From a virus: 64,000 bases of DNA. The translations under genes were made by a program, and so were the position numbers. The notes beneath the pieces were generated by a model that worked only from the letters and a program-made list of their open reading frames with translations, was not told where the DNA came from and did not search any database. Shown piece by piece: positions 53,642 through 63,756 of this stretch (its first letter is position 1; every line of letters starts with the position of its first letter). The stretch spans positions 1 to 64,000 of IMG/VR virus record IMGVR_UViG_3300035670_000030; one strand, 5' to 3'.

Positions 53642-56176
53642 TTACTTCAAATCTCTCATATTTTTGTATATTTTACAATCCTGTTTAACAATTTCATCGG
53701 CAAAAATAGCATCAGTTCCTTTAATACGACCTTTAACAATAACAATGTCGTTTTCTTCTGGGAATTGTCCACCATTCTTCGCTTTACAATCTTCAAAAAG
53801 ACCGAAGCGACCATCAAATAATAATACTGAAACTTTACCAGTATCATCAGATACAGTAGCTTTATAAAATTTATTGCCATTTCTAGACTTGGATTGTCTA
53901 GGCGTTTCGGTAATTTCACCAATAATCAAGACTCTATCGTTATCTTCTCGTGTCTCAAAAGCGTCTTTGATGGTAATGAAGTTATGATTACCCTGTTTAA
54001 AAATACTTGTAAGATTTTCACTATAACTAAATCCTAAACAGTTCTTTTCATAGAAGTAATTTGTAAGCGCAACATTACGACTATTTAATTCATAAATCTG
54101 ACGATAAGGTGCATATTTTTTCTTAAATGTCTCAAAACGAGACTCTTTGATTTGCTTTTTATCTACAAGTAATTGGATAATAGTAAGAATATTTTTATTT
54201 TCACCTTCATCATGTAACGTTTTAACAAGGCGTTTTTCTTTATCGGTCAGGATATTAAAAGCTTGTGCTTGCAATACCAAATGCGGTCTAGATGAACCAA
54301 GGTCATCCAATGCTCCAGCTTGAATTAATGCAGATAGAATACCAATATTTAATCCAGCTTGTTTAGCCGCTAAGAAGCAATCAATTTTATGATCATATTC
54401 ACCGCGAAATTTGATAAGTTTTTCGATTGAGCTATCTGAAACTCCTTTAATCGCGCTTAACCCATATCTAATATTTTCACCCTCTACAGTGAATCCTATA
54501 TCTGATTTCAACAAACTCGGCGGAAGCAATTTTATATTAAAATAAGGTAGCTCTCGCTCAATCTGTCTGATCTCATCCATTGGATCGGGAAGCTTTTGGA
54601 TTGCATTAAGACAAGCTGTAAAAAATTGAAGTGGATATTTATATTTAAGATAAACAGTCAAAGCCCCAAGATAGGCCACGCAATATGAGTGAGATTTATT
54701 AAATGAATAATCTGCAGAATCCAACATGACTTTCCAAATAGCTTCTGCCACTTGTTCTCCAAAACCATTTGTTTCACAAATTTCGAATACCTTATCTTTC
54801 CACTTTGGCATTTCATCACGTTTCTTTTTACCAATAATACGACGAATATATTCAGACTCGTCAGCAGTAAAACCGACTGTAACAAGAGCTTGAATTAATT
54901 GTTCTTGATAAAGAGGGAGATTACGTGTTTCTGCAAATACTGGAGCAAGTTTTTCATGTGGAGCTTCGCCACTAAAATTAATATAATCTTTTTCGTAAGC
55001 CAAAGCCCCAGGTCGGGCAATAGCATTTACGTCACTCAAATGTGCAATATTTGCTGGTCGAATATTTTTACAAACACGATAGGCACAATCAGCACTAATT
55101 TGATAAAGACCATATGGAAGTAAATCTTCGCGCTGAAGATGTGTATAAACTTCTTCGTTATCATCAAGATTAATGTCTTCAAATTTTTCTGGAATTAATT
55201 CAAATACATTTTTGATAATCTCATTACTAATAAGACCAAGAAGATCAAGTTTAATACCAAACTTGGCAGCAGTATTCATTTCATATGAAATAGTAAGCTC
55301 ACCCTCTTTATTAATTTCAACTGGCACAAATTTATCAAGTGGATAATAAGATAGAAAATATCCACTAGCATGTGTTGATTTACCACGAATAAGACCACGA
55401 AGTTTTAAGGCAATCTGATATGTTTCTGGATAACGATCAGCCCAATCACGAAATTTTTCACTATTTTTGTAAGAATCCTCAATATCCTCAACGACTCCGA
55501 AATGCTTTCCGATAGTATCTGCCAAGTGACTGGCATCTTCTTCAGAAGCTTCATTAACAATTTTATAAACATCTTTAACAAGAATCTTTCCAGAAAAAGT
55601 AGATACAGAAGAAATCTTACATACTTTATTTGGATAACATTTCTTTAACCATTCGATAATCTCATCACGCACTCCACCCAAATTAATATCAACATCTGGA
55701 GCAAGATCTCCTTGAATGTACGTTACGCCATCAATAACTTCTTTTTTAGCGCGAGTTTTTGAAATAAAACGCGTAAAGAAAAGGTTCTTATCAATTGGAT
55801 CAACACCAGTTACTCCAATCAAATAGAAAATAAGACTACCAGCCGCAGAACCACGACCCCAATCAATAAACGCCCCAAGCTGACGAGCCTTATTGATAAC
55901 ACGCCAGACAAGAAGAAAATAATCAATAAACCCTAAGTCTTTAACAATTTCAAATTCTTCTTTGATACGATCAAGATAAATTTTCTTTTTATGTTCGGGA
56001 ATTTTATCACGAAATTTTTTCCAGCCCTCATTAACAAGTTGCTGAAGAAACTGTTCATTACTTTCAGCTTTATCTGCAAGAACTCCTTTTTCTTCTTTTG
56101 TAAAAGAAATATTCGGCAACCTAACAAGGTTGACATTCTTCATTTCAATATTTTTAAATTGTTCTAAAAATTTCAT
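53642..56176 (-). CDS. dnaE: DNA polymerase III alpha core lacking PHP domain
   Basis: GRGSAAGSL, PDVD, HASG, KLDLLG, RPG, YQEQ, FNKSHS, IRYGLSAIKGV, C-terminal OB fold. Confidence 0.95.
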   Translation of the reverse strand: MKFLEQFKNIEMKNVNLVRLPNISFTKEEKGVLADKAESNEQFLQQLVNEGWKKFRDKIPEHKKKIYLDRIKEEFEIVKDLGFIDYFLLVWRVINKARQLGAFIDWGRGSAAGSLIFYLIGVTGVDPIDKNLFFTRFISKTRAKKEVIDGVTYIQGDLAPDVDINLGGVRDEIIEWLKKCYPNKVCKISSVSTFSGKILVKDVYKIVNEASEEDASHLADTIGKHFGVVEDIEDSYKNSEKFRDWADRYPETYQIALKLRGLIRGKSTHASGYFLSYYPLDKFVPVEINKEGELTISYEMNTAAKFGIKLDLLGLISNEIIKNVFELIPEKFEDINLDDNEEVYTHLQREDLLPYGLYQISADCAYRVCKNIRPANIAHLSDVNAIARPGALAYEKDYINFSGEAPHEKLAPVFAETRNLPLYQEQLIQALVTVGFTADESEYIRRIIGKKKRDEMPKWKDKVFEICETNGFGEQVAEAIWKVMLDSADYSFNKSHSYCVAYLGALTVYLKYKYPLQFFTACLNAIQKLPDPMDEIRQIERELPYFNIKLLPPSLLKSDIGFTVEGENIRYGLSAIKGVSDSSIEKLIKFRGEYDHKIDCFLAAKQAGLNIGILSALIQAGALDDLGSSRPHLVLQAQAFNILTDKEKRLVKTLHDEGENKNILTIIQLLVDKKQIKESRFETFKKKYAPYRQIYELNSRNVALTNYFYEKNCLGFSYSENLTSIFKQGNHNFITIKDAFETREDNDRVLIIGEITETPRQSKSRNGNKFYKATVSDDTGKVSVLLFDGRFGLFEDCKAKNGGQFPEENDIVIVKGRIKGTDAIFADEIVKQDCKIYKNMRDLK

Positions 56177-56805
56177 ATTTCGATTGTCAAAATTTGTTTC
56201 TTAAAAATCTCAAGACACTTTTCATTATCATAAACAGCATCATGTGCTTTCAGATCATTATATTCAATATCGTAAAGACCACAAAGATGTTTAACAGAGG
56301 TCTTCACTCCCTTTTTAACATAATGATACATTTGGTATTGCCAAGCAGTTCGATTTTCTGGAACTGTTTTCAATCCCATATATATACCTTTTTGAATACA
56401 TTGTATATCTAAAACACGATCAAGATATGAAAAATCTGATTTTAAACCTAAGATTCGGCGCAAAGTATTGATTACATAAATATCAAAACCAAAAAGATTT
56501 GCCCCAACAATAAGATACTCTGGATTATAGAGATAATTTTCAAAGAGTTGTAGAATTTCTTTCGGATCTTCAGATTTTTCTTTCCAATTATTGTAATCAA
56601 ATCTTGTAATTCTAGCTGCATCAGCAGAAATATTTAGGTCTTTCCAATAAAGCATATGATCTTCATTTTTTACAATTTTATGGTCCTCATATACTAACCA
56701 AGAAAGCTGCCAAGGCCGAGTTAAAGCCAAGGCCAAAGATTCTGTCTCAGTATCAAAAACAATATATTTTTGTTTTTTGTTAAAACGTAAAAGATTACTC
56801 TGCAT
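56173..56805 (-). CDS. DEDDh 3'-5' exonuclease (epsilon-like)
   Basis: FDTETE, GANLFGFD, AHDAVYD; start ATG 56805. Confidence 0.88.
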   Translation of the reverse strand: MQSNLLRFNKKQKYIVFDTETESLALALTRPWQLSWLVYEDHKIVKNEDHMLYWKDLNISADAARITRFDYNNWKEKSEDPKEILQLFENYLYNPEYLIVGANLFGFDIYVINTLRRILGLKSDFSYLDRVLDIQCIQKGIYMGLKTVPENRTAWQYQMYHYVKKGVKTSVKHLCGLYDIEYNDLKAHDAVYDNEKCLEIFKKQILTIEI

Positions 56806-57547
56806 TTTCTTTCCAAGCCTCCATACAAAATTCTTGACTACCAAAATGTCTTAATTCTGGTTTTTGAAAAGTAGTTCTATTAAGAATACAACGATATGTC
56901 ATATAAGCCTTAAAATCTTTACGATCACGATAATAGATTGTTTTTGTAGGAATAATTTCATGATCTTTAATTGTTTCTTTAATATGGTTAATTAAAAGTC
57001 CATCGAAAGGCAATCCGTTATCTTCAGTAAAATAAGATGTGTCAGTAAAATCTAATTCGGGAACACATTGACGACCATACAAAAGATTGTAATAAACATA
57101 TGAATCATAAAACGGAACAACTAGCGCAAGATTCTTACTCCAGTTTTCCTTAAGAGTTTTAAAATCAAGTCTTGGGCGACTATTATAAATACCATCTGTT
57201 GTAGAAATATTATGAAGTTTAATTAAGTCTTTAAACGAACTTTGCGTTGCAAAAATAATAAATTTACTTTCAGTAATTTCTGATTCTGGAGTTTTATCTG
57301 TAATATCTCTACAAACGCTAACTCTATAGCCAAATCTTAAATTAAGATTTGCTTTCTTTGCATTCTCATATGCTTCAACAAGCCCTGTTAGAGTATTGTC
57401 TACAATAAATACATCTTGCAAACCGTAATCATTACAAATATCAAAAATAGAATCTGGTTGATTAGATAAACGATTTTCTTTATCTACTGGGGCTTCTAAT
57501 GTCAATACAGAAGTCAAAGAATAATTTGATCTAAAAATAGGTAGCAT
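56795..57547 (-). CDS. stand-alone degenerate PHP domain (DnaE N-terminus)
   Basis: PIFRSNYSL, IVDNTLTG, LIKL...G.Y..PRLD, IIPTKTIYY...D..AY...RCI. Confidence 0.75.
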   Translation of the reverse strand: MLPIFRSNYSLTSVLTLEAPVDKENRLSNQPDSIFDICNDYGLQDVFIVDNTLTGLVEAYENAKKANLNLRFGYRVSVCRDITDKTPESEITESKFIIFATQSSFKDLIKLHNISTTDGIYNSRPRLDFKTLKENWSKNLALVVPFYDSYVYYNLLYGRQCVPELDFTDTSYFTEDNGLPFDGLLINHIKETIKDHEIIPTKTIYYRDRKDFKAYMTYRCILNRTTFQKPELRHFGSQEFCMEAWKENAE

Positions 57548-57573
57548 CAATTCGAAGAATACCAATACTTTTT

Positions 57574-58563
57574 TTAAAAGTCAAAATCATTATTTGATTT
57601 TTTCCAGGCTGGACATCCAGAATATTCTCTTATCTCAATACGATACTCTGGCTTTAAATCTTTTTCTTTAAATTCTTCATTTGCAAAAATTGATTTAATA
57701 ATTTTACCGTCTTTATCTATAAGTACTTTGTATTGAAATGGGTCTAAATATGGACAACGCCATCCAGATTTTGTTTGACACATCCATTTTTTGCTAAATT
57801 GATTGGCAGCAAAATTAGAACGAGCTTTCTTCTCATCAAAATTTTTAAGATATTCACTAATATATTCAAGATAGTGCTCAAATCCAATTAGCTCTTCTTC
57901 ACTAAAATGTGGACATTCACGTTCTGGGTCGTCTGGGTATCTTAAAAATAAGAATCGTACTAAAATATCTTTTTGTTTTTTATATTTCTTACGAAGAGCA
58001 AGTGAATACATCATACCCTGCAAATTGCTTTCTAGTTCCTCGCCTTTAAAAGCTTTCTTGCTAGATTTAAAATCTCTAATGATCATCTGCTTTTTATCTT
58101 TAAAAATTCTGTCAACAAATCCGCCAATTCGATACTTTGGTTCTTTATTAGTAATATCAAACTCCCATTCCGAACCAATAAGTTTATAATCTCCAATAAA
58201 ATCAAATTTTAATCCCACAAGAATCATTTCATCTATACATTTAAGATTAGTAATTTCTGTACCACTTTTCTTTAGTGGCGGAACCATTTCATCTAGATCC
58301 AGTCCTTCACGTTTAGCGGCCTTCATAATTAATCTAAAAATCGCTTTGTGCTTCAGACATGTTCTGTTTTTTACAATTTGTTTAACGTAATGCTCGTGGC
58401 GAGGATTAGCTAATACTTCAAAGATTAAATGTGCTACTGTCCCACGCATAGCCCCAGAATTGTTTTTCTGTGGCAATTTAAGATTATAATTGCAATAGTA
58501 CATCCAAGAACATGATTGTAATGTCTTGATTCTACTAGCTGATAATTTGACTAACTCACTCAT
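57574..58563 (-). CDS. PD-(D/E)xK Cas4/RecB-like nuclease
   Basis: LSASRIK...C, RGTVAH..FE, GFVD, DFKS, Q..MY, C-terminal Cys cluster. Confidence 0.85.
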   Translation of the reverse strand: MSELVKLSASRIKTLQSCSWMYYCNYNLKLPQKNNSGAMRGTVAHLIFEVLANPRHEHYVKQIVKNRTCLKHKAIFRLIMKAAKREGLDLDEMVPPLKKSGTEITNLKCIDEMILVGLKFDFIGDYKLIGSEWEFDITNKEPKYRIGGFVDRIFKDKKQMIIRDFKSSKKAFKGEELESNLQGMMYSLALRKKYKKQKDILVRFLFLRYPDDPERECPHFSEEELIGFEHYLEYISEYLKNFDEKKARSNFAANQFSKKWMCQTKSGWRCPYLDPFQYKVLIDKDGKIIKSIFANEEFKEKDLKPEYRIEIREYSGCPAWKKSNNDFDF

Positions 58564-58982
58564 AAAGGATATGTTGGATCTACTTGGCGGCAAGATATTC
58601 CATAAAATTTAAAAATATCTATAGACTTTGTATCTCTATTATAAATATCTTTAAAAATAACATGTTTAATTCCATAAGCTGCTATATTTGTAGCACATGA
58701 GGAACATGGTAAAAGAGTACAAGCCAAGAGTTTACCTTCACCCATTTTGATTCTTGCTAAAGCATTACTTTCCGCATGAATCATGTACGGTCTTCTTGCG
58801 TCACGATCTTTCCAAAATTCTTGAGTTACATTTACTCCGGCAGCAAGCCCATTATAAGCAACCGCAAGAACTTCGTTATGGTGACCTAACACACATGCGC
58901 CAACTTGTTGATACGGATCTTCTGATCGGCGCATTGCAATAGCTGCTAAATTCATAGCATGTTCTTCCCAAGTACTTCTCAT
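58560..58982 (-). CDS. dCMP deaminase
   Basis: RSED...VGA, YNG, HAESNA, PCSSC. Confidence 0.92.
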   Translation of the reverse strand: MRSTWEEHAMNLAAIAMRRSEDPYQQVGACVLGHHNEVLAVAYNGLAAGVNVTQEFWKDRDARRPYMIHAESNALARIKMGEGKLLACTLLPCSSCATNIAAYGIKHVIFKDIYNRDTKSIDIFKFYGISCRQVDPTYPL

Positions 58983-59872
58983 AGCTGTGAATACCACTCT
59001 TTATTTTCTGCTACTGTTTGGTCACCAAAATCATTCTTAAAGGGATGAAAGATATGAATTTGGGCGGGGTCAAAAAACTCTACAAACGTTGAGCGTATTT
59101 TTGTAGCCGCTTTTTGCCCCGCCCTGTTTTCGTCATTGTTGGTCGCAATGACTATTTGATCGGGATCAAGGCGAATAATCGCTTTTAATAAACCTCCACC
59201 AGCCTCAGTCCCGAAAGTTATTCCTGTATTTTTAATACCACTTTCCCAAAGAGAAAGCATATCTCCAATACTTTCAACCAGAATTATTTGTTTTTTCTCT
59301 TTGATAAATTGATGGTTAAATAGAAATGGATAAGCCCATTCATTTTTACGCCCAATATGTTTCCATTTGATTTTGGATTTACCAGTTACATCGCGCCCAG
59401 AAAATCCTTGAATTTTTTTACGAGCATCAAAAATAGGAAAAACATATCTTTGATACATTTTACCAACTTCACATAAGCCTCCTTGAAAAACTTTTAATGT
59501 TTCATCGCTAACTCCGCGCCGATTCCAATAAGAACCATCCGGTTTCAAATCAACAATATCTTCATTTGAATAATATTTAGCAGTTTTATTAAATGGGTCT
59601 TCGACATCATTATTGAATCCTGTGTAATATTTTGCTTTATCTTCAAGAATTTGTTCTACCTGTTTAATATCTTTTAATTTGAGCGTAAGCTTTAAAAACT
59701 CTTCTAAAGAAAAAACATGACCTGTAACAAAATCTTTAACAATATTATTCTGTAAATAAATACCTACTGATCCAGGATCATCACCACCACGATACCGAGC
59801 AGTACAAGTAAGATAAGTACCATAATTCCTAGGATTACACCCAGCATCTTTTAAAAGTTCTAAAAGTCTCAT
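58979..59872 (-). CDS. dnaG: DNA primase (TOPRIM)
   Basis: RYVFPIFD..IQGFSGR, ILVESIGD, TNND...G. Confidence 0.85.
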   Translation of the reverse strand: MRLLELLKDAGCNPRNYGTYLTCTARYRGGDDPGSVGIYLQNNIVKDFVTGHVFSLEEFLKLTLKLKDIKQVEQILEDKAKYYTGFNNDVEDPFNKTAKYYSNEDIVDLKPDGSYWNRRGVSDETLKVFQGGLCEVGKMYQRYVFPIFDARKKIQGFSGRDVTGKSKIKWKHIGRKNEWAYPFLFNHQFIKEKKQIILVESIGDMLSLWESGIKNTGITFGTEAGGGLLKAIIRLDPDQIVIATNNDENRAGQKAATKIRSTFVEFFDPAQIHIFHPFKNDFGDQTVAENKEWYSQL

Positions 59873-61341
59873 AGAATTTCTTCTTGTGGTTCGTTGTTAG
59901 GCCGATCAAAAATATTAACATTCACACCATTTTGATGATTAACAATATCTTGTAAAGTTCCTTTTTCTTCTACATGAAAGTTATCAACATTAAATGAAAT
60001 AAAGTTTTTACGATAAACTGGACGGTTATTTTCAATAACACGAACAAGATCATTATGACCGTGAGCATGTTGACCTTGATAACGTGACGCCAGTTCAATC
60101 ATTTTATGAGTGCCAAATTGAGCACCATCTTCAGCTTGTTCTTCAAGAGTTTTACGCCTAAAAATACCAACATATGCAGCAAACCACTGAAGACGATCTG
60201 ATTGAGCAATAGCGCTAGAATCATCTGCCCCAGCTTCTGCGCTACGATTTAATTGACATGCTGTAAGAATCGGGATATTCATTCGAACAGAAAGTTCTTT
60301 CAAACGATCAACTTTATCACCGATAAGTTGGTATTCCTGTTTACCTTTTTCTATTTCTCCAGTTAGTTTAATATAGTCATAAACAACAATTGCAGGATTA
60401 CCACGACCAACTTGCCCAAGGTACCAACGTTGAATAATCGATTCAATTTCTGCAATAGGTTTACCAGCAACTTGTAAGTGTTTTACTTTACCTTGTGCTT
60501 TTGCAAGTTCTGATTTTTTACTATTCCATTTGGCAAGCAATTCTTTATTATTCTTAAATTGCCCCGTCTCAAGCCACCACATCGGAATACCAGTAATGCT
60601 ACTTGCTATACGAAAACGAATAACATTTGTTTGCATTTCTGTATCTAAAATCAATGCTTGCATATTTGGATTAATCAAACTTGCTTTAGAACAAATATCA
60701 CTAAGAATAGTTGATTTTCCGTGCTTTGGACGACTAACCCACGCGTAAAGTTCTCCAGGCCTTAAACCTCCATACATTTTATTAAATAGCTTGTATGGAG
60801 TTAAATATCCAGTTTCACTAATAGGATTATTGGCTCTCTCTTCGACCATTCGCTCGATATCTTGAAAAAGGTCTTCTGGATTTGCTTCTAGATCATAAGC
60901 AGTTACACGATCATTATACATTTTATCCGCCAATGAAATAATCTCATCTGGAGATTTGTCGCCAGAATTTTCCATAGCTTCTGCAATCAGAGAAGCTGTT
61001 TCTGCTACTTCACGACGAATTGTAATTGTTTTTAAATTTTTACAAGCATCAATAAGAGATTTTTGGCTAATTTTAAGAAAAGCAAGGCTTTCGATGTAAT
61101 CAAAAATATTAAAATCTTGTTTAAAATTAATACCAAGATTTTTAATTTTCTCCCCAATAATTACAGGGTCAAGAGGTTGGCTTTTCATGATTTGACCTTT
61201 GATCACGCTAAAAATAGTTTTATGACCATTAGAAAAATCATTCTCATTAATGAAATGAGAAACTTCAAAATATACTTGTGGATATTTAAGAAATCCAGCG
61301 AGAACGTGTTTTTCTATTTGTACGCTACGAATAGAATTCAT
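59869..61341 (-). CDS. dnaB: replicative DNA helicase
   Basis: SRPKHGKS, DTEM, VYDYIKL, CQLNR, IAQSD. Confidence 0.93.
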   Translation of the reverse strand: MNSIRSVQIEKHVLAGFLKYPQVYFEVSHFINENDFSNGHKTIFSVIKGQIMKSQPLDPVIIGEKIKNLGINFKQDFNIFDYIESLAFLKISQKSLIDACKNLKTITIRREVAETASLIAEAMENSGDKSPDEIISLADKMYNDRVTAYDLEANPEDLFQDIERMVEERANNPISETGYLTPYKLFNKMYGGLRPGELYAWVSRPKHGKSTILSDICSKASLINPNMQALILDTEMQTNVIRFRIASSITGIPMWWLETGQFKNNKELLAKWNSKKSELAKAQGKVKHLQVAGKPIAEIESIIQRWYLGQVGRGNPAIVVYDYIKLTGEIEKGKQEYQLIGDKVDRLKELSVRMNIPILTACQLNRSAEAGADDSSAIAQSDRLQWFAAYVGIFRRKTLEEQAEDGAQFGTHKMIELASRYQGQHAHGHNDLVRVIENNRPVYRKNFISFNVDNFHVEEKGTLQDIVNHQNGVNVNIFDRPNNEPQEEIL

Positions 61342-61342
61342 A

Positions 61343-61939
61343 TTAAATTTTATCTTTGATTACTGCGTGAAAAGCTTTTTCTGCAAACTCTCTCATATTC
61401 TCTTGCTTGTTGTCGTCAGTAAAAGTAGGCCAAAGAATTTTGTAGTCCGCACTGTTTTGAATAATTGAATCGTTAATAGTCTCATCCATATTTGCTGGTG
61501 GAACTATTTCACCATTAATTGCAATTCTTTGCAAGTGAATAAGTATATTATTTGATTTTGCTTTTAACCAGCTCACCTCATCTTGTTCATACTGCTGATA
61601 ACGAATATCTGGAATAATACAAATATCTGGTTGATATTGTTTTACTCTTTCATCCAATAAATTTGTCCAATATTTTCCTTCTGTTTGTTGACGTTTTACT
61701 TTGCCATACCAAACTAAAAATTCACGAAAAGTTGCTTTTTCTTCATTATTGTCTGTAAATACATTTAATCCAAGATATTGTTTAATAAAATCTTTACAGT
61801 CCTCTTTAAGAGGTTGTGCCAAAGAAGTTCTATAGATTGTTTTTCCTTTGTGTGATCTAATTAGATTTTCAATTTCTAGTGCAAGACTATCTTTGCCAGA
61901 TCTGGCAACACCAGCTATACCAATATACAATACGCTCAT
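61343..61939 (-). CDS. deoxynucleoside monophosphate kinase
   Basis: GVARSGKDS, LAQPLK, R..LV.YG, IPDIRY; TTGAAT-17-TATCAT-6-ATG. Confidence 0.8.
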   Translation of the reverse strand: MSVLYIGIAGVARSGKDSLALEIENLIRSHKGKTIYRTSLAQPLKEDCKDFIKQYLGLNVFTDNNEEKATFREFLVWYGKVKRQQTEGKYWTNLLDERVKQYQPDICIIPDIRYQQYEQDEVSWLKAKSNNILIHLQRIAINGEIVPPANMDETINDSIIQNSADYKILWPTFTDDNKQENMREFAEKAFHAVIKDKI

Positions 61940-61975
61940 ACATATATGATATCTAAACTTAATTTGATATTCAAG

Positions 61976-62389
61976 CTAAATTTCTATATCAAATTTTTCT
62001 TTTATCCATTCTTGAGATAACAAGTGAATTTCATTTTCAAAAATTTCAATAACTTTAAAATTATTCATTTCTAACCAAGAGTACTTTTGTAGGTCTCTTT
62101 TAACACTATTTTTAAATCCCGTTTTTGTTCTATGAAAATGTTTGACAAACTTATCATGTTGCAACCCATGTGTTTCTACGGCAATTTTTTTTGTAAAATT
62201 AATAAGATCACATCTCATTCTTGTTCCAAATACTGGAAACTCTTCCACTACCACATGGGTACCCCAGTATGTTTCAAAAAATTTTTTTACATTAAATTGA
62301 ACTTTACTTTTGCAAGCTTTGTCCCAATCAACTAAAAATTTGTTAATATTTTTATTAACTTCTTTCCCAAAGATATTTTTAAATTTCAT
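61976..62389 (-). CDS. Vsr/DUF559-like endonuclease
   Basis: EEFPV..T.MRCD, IAVETHG.QH, RD..K..W. Confidence 0.75.
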   Translation of the reverse strand: MKFKNIFGKEVNKNINKFLVDWDKACKSKVQFNVKKFFETYWGTHVVVEEFPVFGTRMRCDLINFTKKIAVETHGLQHDKFVKHFHRTKTGFKNSVKRDLQKYSWLEMNNFKVIEIFENEIHLLSQEWIKEKFDIEI

Positions 62390-63218
62390 TTAAACTTTCG
62401 ATTGATTTAATTATAAATTGAACTACACCAATTTTGGAGGTAATATTTTTAAAATAAGTATCTACATATTGTTTTTTAGTTTCATATTCAGAAATTAAGT
62501 GTTGTATTAAATCATCATTGATGTCATTCCATGAATTTATTGCATAAGCCAAAGGATTTTGCTTTTCAAAGAAAAGAGAATGATAGTCATTTTTAGGATA
62601 TATAGCAATGTTTCTACAATATAGAGATTCAAAATATCTATAAGATGTTGTATGCAAACCTCCAGCTGGACATAGCATAATTTTTGAATTTATGGCTATA
62701 TTTAAATAGTCTTCTGGTGCTAAATCCTGTTCAAAAGATTGAAGGTTGTTTCCAGTTGTAAAATGAAAATAATTATTTCCATTTAATTTTTTAATAGCAT
62801 TTACAAATTCAAATCTTGAAGGATGTATGAAACCAGCAAAAAAACAATCATACTTACGCTCATTAAATGGAATGAAATCTAATCCCTTTTTTATTGTTTT
62901 ATTAACAAACTTATTTAGCCCCAATGGAAAAGGTAAATATCTTTTATCGGGAGAATTAATTAAAAAATTACTAAAACATAATAAAAAATTATCTGTATTT
63001 AATTTCGTTCTAGCTTCGCTACCACTTAAAAAAATAATGTTATTTTGTGTTTCTGGTTGAAAGTCGGTCTTATTGGTGACATAAAAATTATATTTTGAAT
63101 GAGAAAAATAGTCGGCAACAAATTCCACTATCTCTAATAGATAATCCATCTCATCTGGAATGATTGATCCGCCTCCAAGATAATCAGCATAATAATTATA
63201 TAAATTTGTTAATTTCAT
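62379..63218 (-). CDS. exostosin (GT47)-like glycosyltransferase
   Basis: RKYDCFFAG...R, SKIMLCPAG...SYRYFES. Confidence 0.75.
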   Translation of the reverse strand: MKLTNLYNYYADYLGGGSIIPDEMDYLLEIVEFVADYFSHSKYNFYVTNKTDFQPETQNNIIFLSGSEARTKLNTDNFLLCFSNFLINSPDKRYLPFPLGLNKFVNKTIKKGLDFIPFNERKYDCFFAGFIHPSRFEFVNAIKKLNGNNYFHFTTGNNLQSFEQDLAPEDYLNIAINSKIMLCPAGGLHTTSYRYFESLYCRNIAIYPKNDYHSLFFEKQNPLAYAINSWNDINDDLIQHLISEYETKKQYVDTYFKNITSKIGVVQFIIKSIESLNEI

Positions 63219-63220
63219 TT

Positions 63221-63751
63221 TTATTTATAGAAAATTACGCTATTATATTCATTCTTGATCTTATCTCTTAAATCTATAATATTAAAATCTGAAAATTCTT
63301 GTTTTAATACTTCAAAAGCTTTTGAATATACATCTTCTAAGATTATAAGAGAATCTGAATCCTTTAACAATAACGGATAATTTTTTAAAAAAAATTGTTG
63401 GGTTTCTAAGGTGTGCGGTCCATCATCAATAATTATATCAAATTTTCCAAAAGCTTCTTGAACTTTATTAATAAATTCTAAAGAATATGCATTTCCAAAA
63501 ATAATCTTGACTCTTTCTCCGAAAGAGTGCTCAATAATATTTTGAATATCGATACCAAAAATTTCAGCATTTGGAAAATATTCTTCCCATAACTTAAGTG
63601 AATGCCCTTGTAAAATACCTATTTCTAATATTTTGATTTTTTTATCTTTGAAAGGTTTAAATTTTTCATTATAAAAATTTGAAATATAAGTATGTGTTCT
63701 CTCTTTATCAGAGTCATTTTTTGTTTTCCTATATAATTCTATTAAATCCAT
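63221..63751 (-). CDS. class I SAM-dependent methyltransferase
   Basis: SDK...H.Y, LEIGI..G.SL..W, GID, IIIDDGPH, ILEDV. Confidence 0.88.
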   Translation of the reverse strand: MDLIELYRKTKNDSDKERTHTYISNFYNEKFKPFKDKKIKILEIGILQGHSLKLWEEYFPNAEIFGIDIQNIIEHSFGERVKIIFGNAYSLEFINKVQEAFGKFDIIIDDGPHTLETQQFFLKNYPLLLKDSDSLIILEDVYSKAFEVLKQEFSDFNIIDLRDKIKNEYNSVIFYK

Positions 63752-63756
63752 ATATT

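Noticed and set aside
53642-57547. Split intein joining the DnaE pieces
   Set aside because: No intein N-terminal (C/S) block or C-terminal HN motif at the junctions
57574-58563. CRISPR-associated cas4
   Set aside because: Stand-alone Cas4/RecB-like nuclease in a replication operon, common in phages; no array or cas1/cas2
1506-63060. Numerous short alternative-frame or antisense ORFs in the track (e.g. 1775, 3016, 9436, 11248, 22402, 37311, 54899, 60530)
   Set aside because: Fully nested in better-supported genes, with no motifs or expression signals
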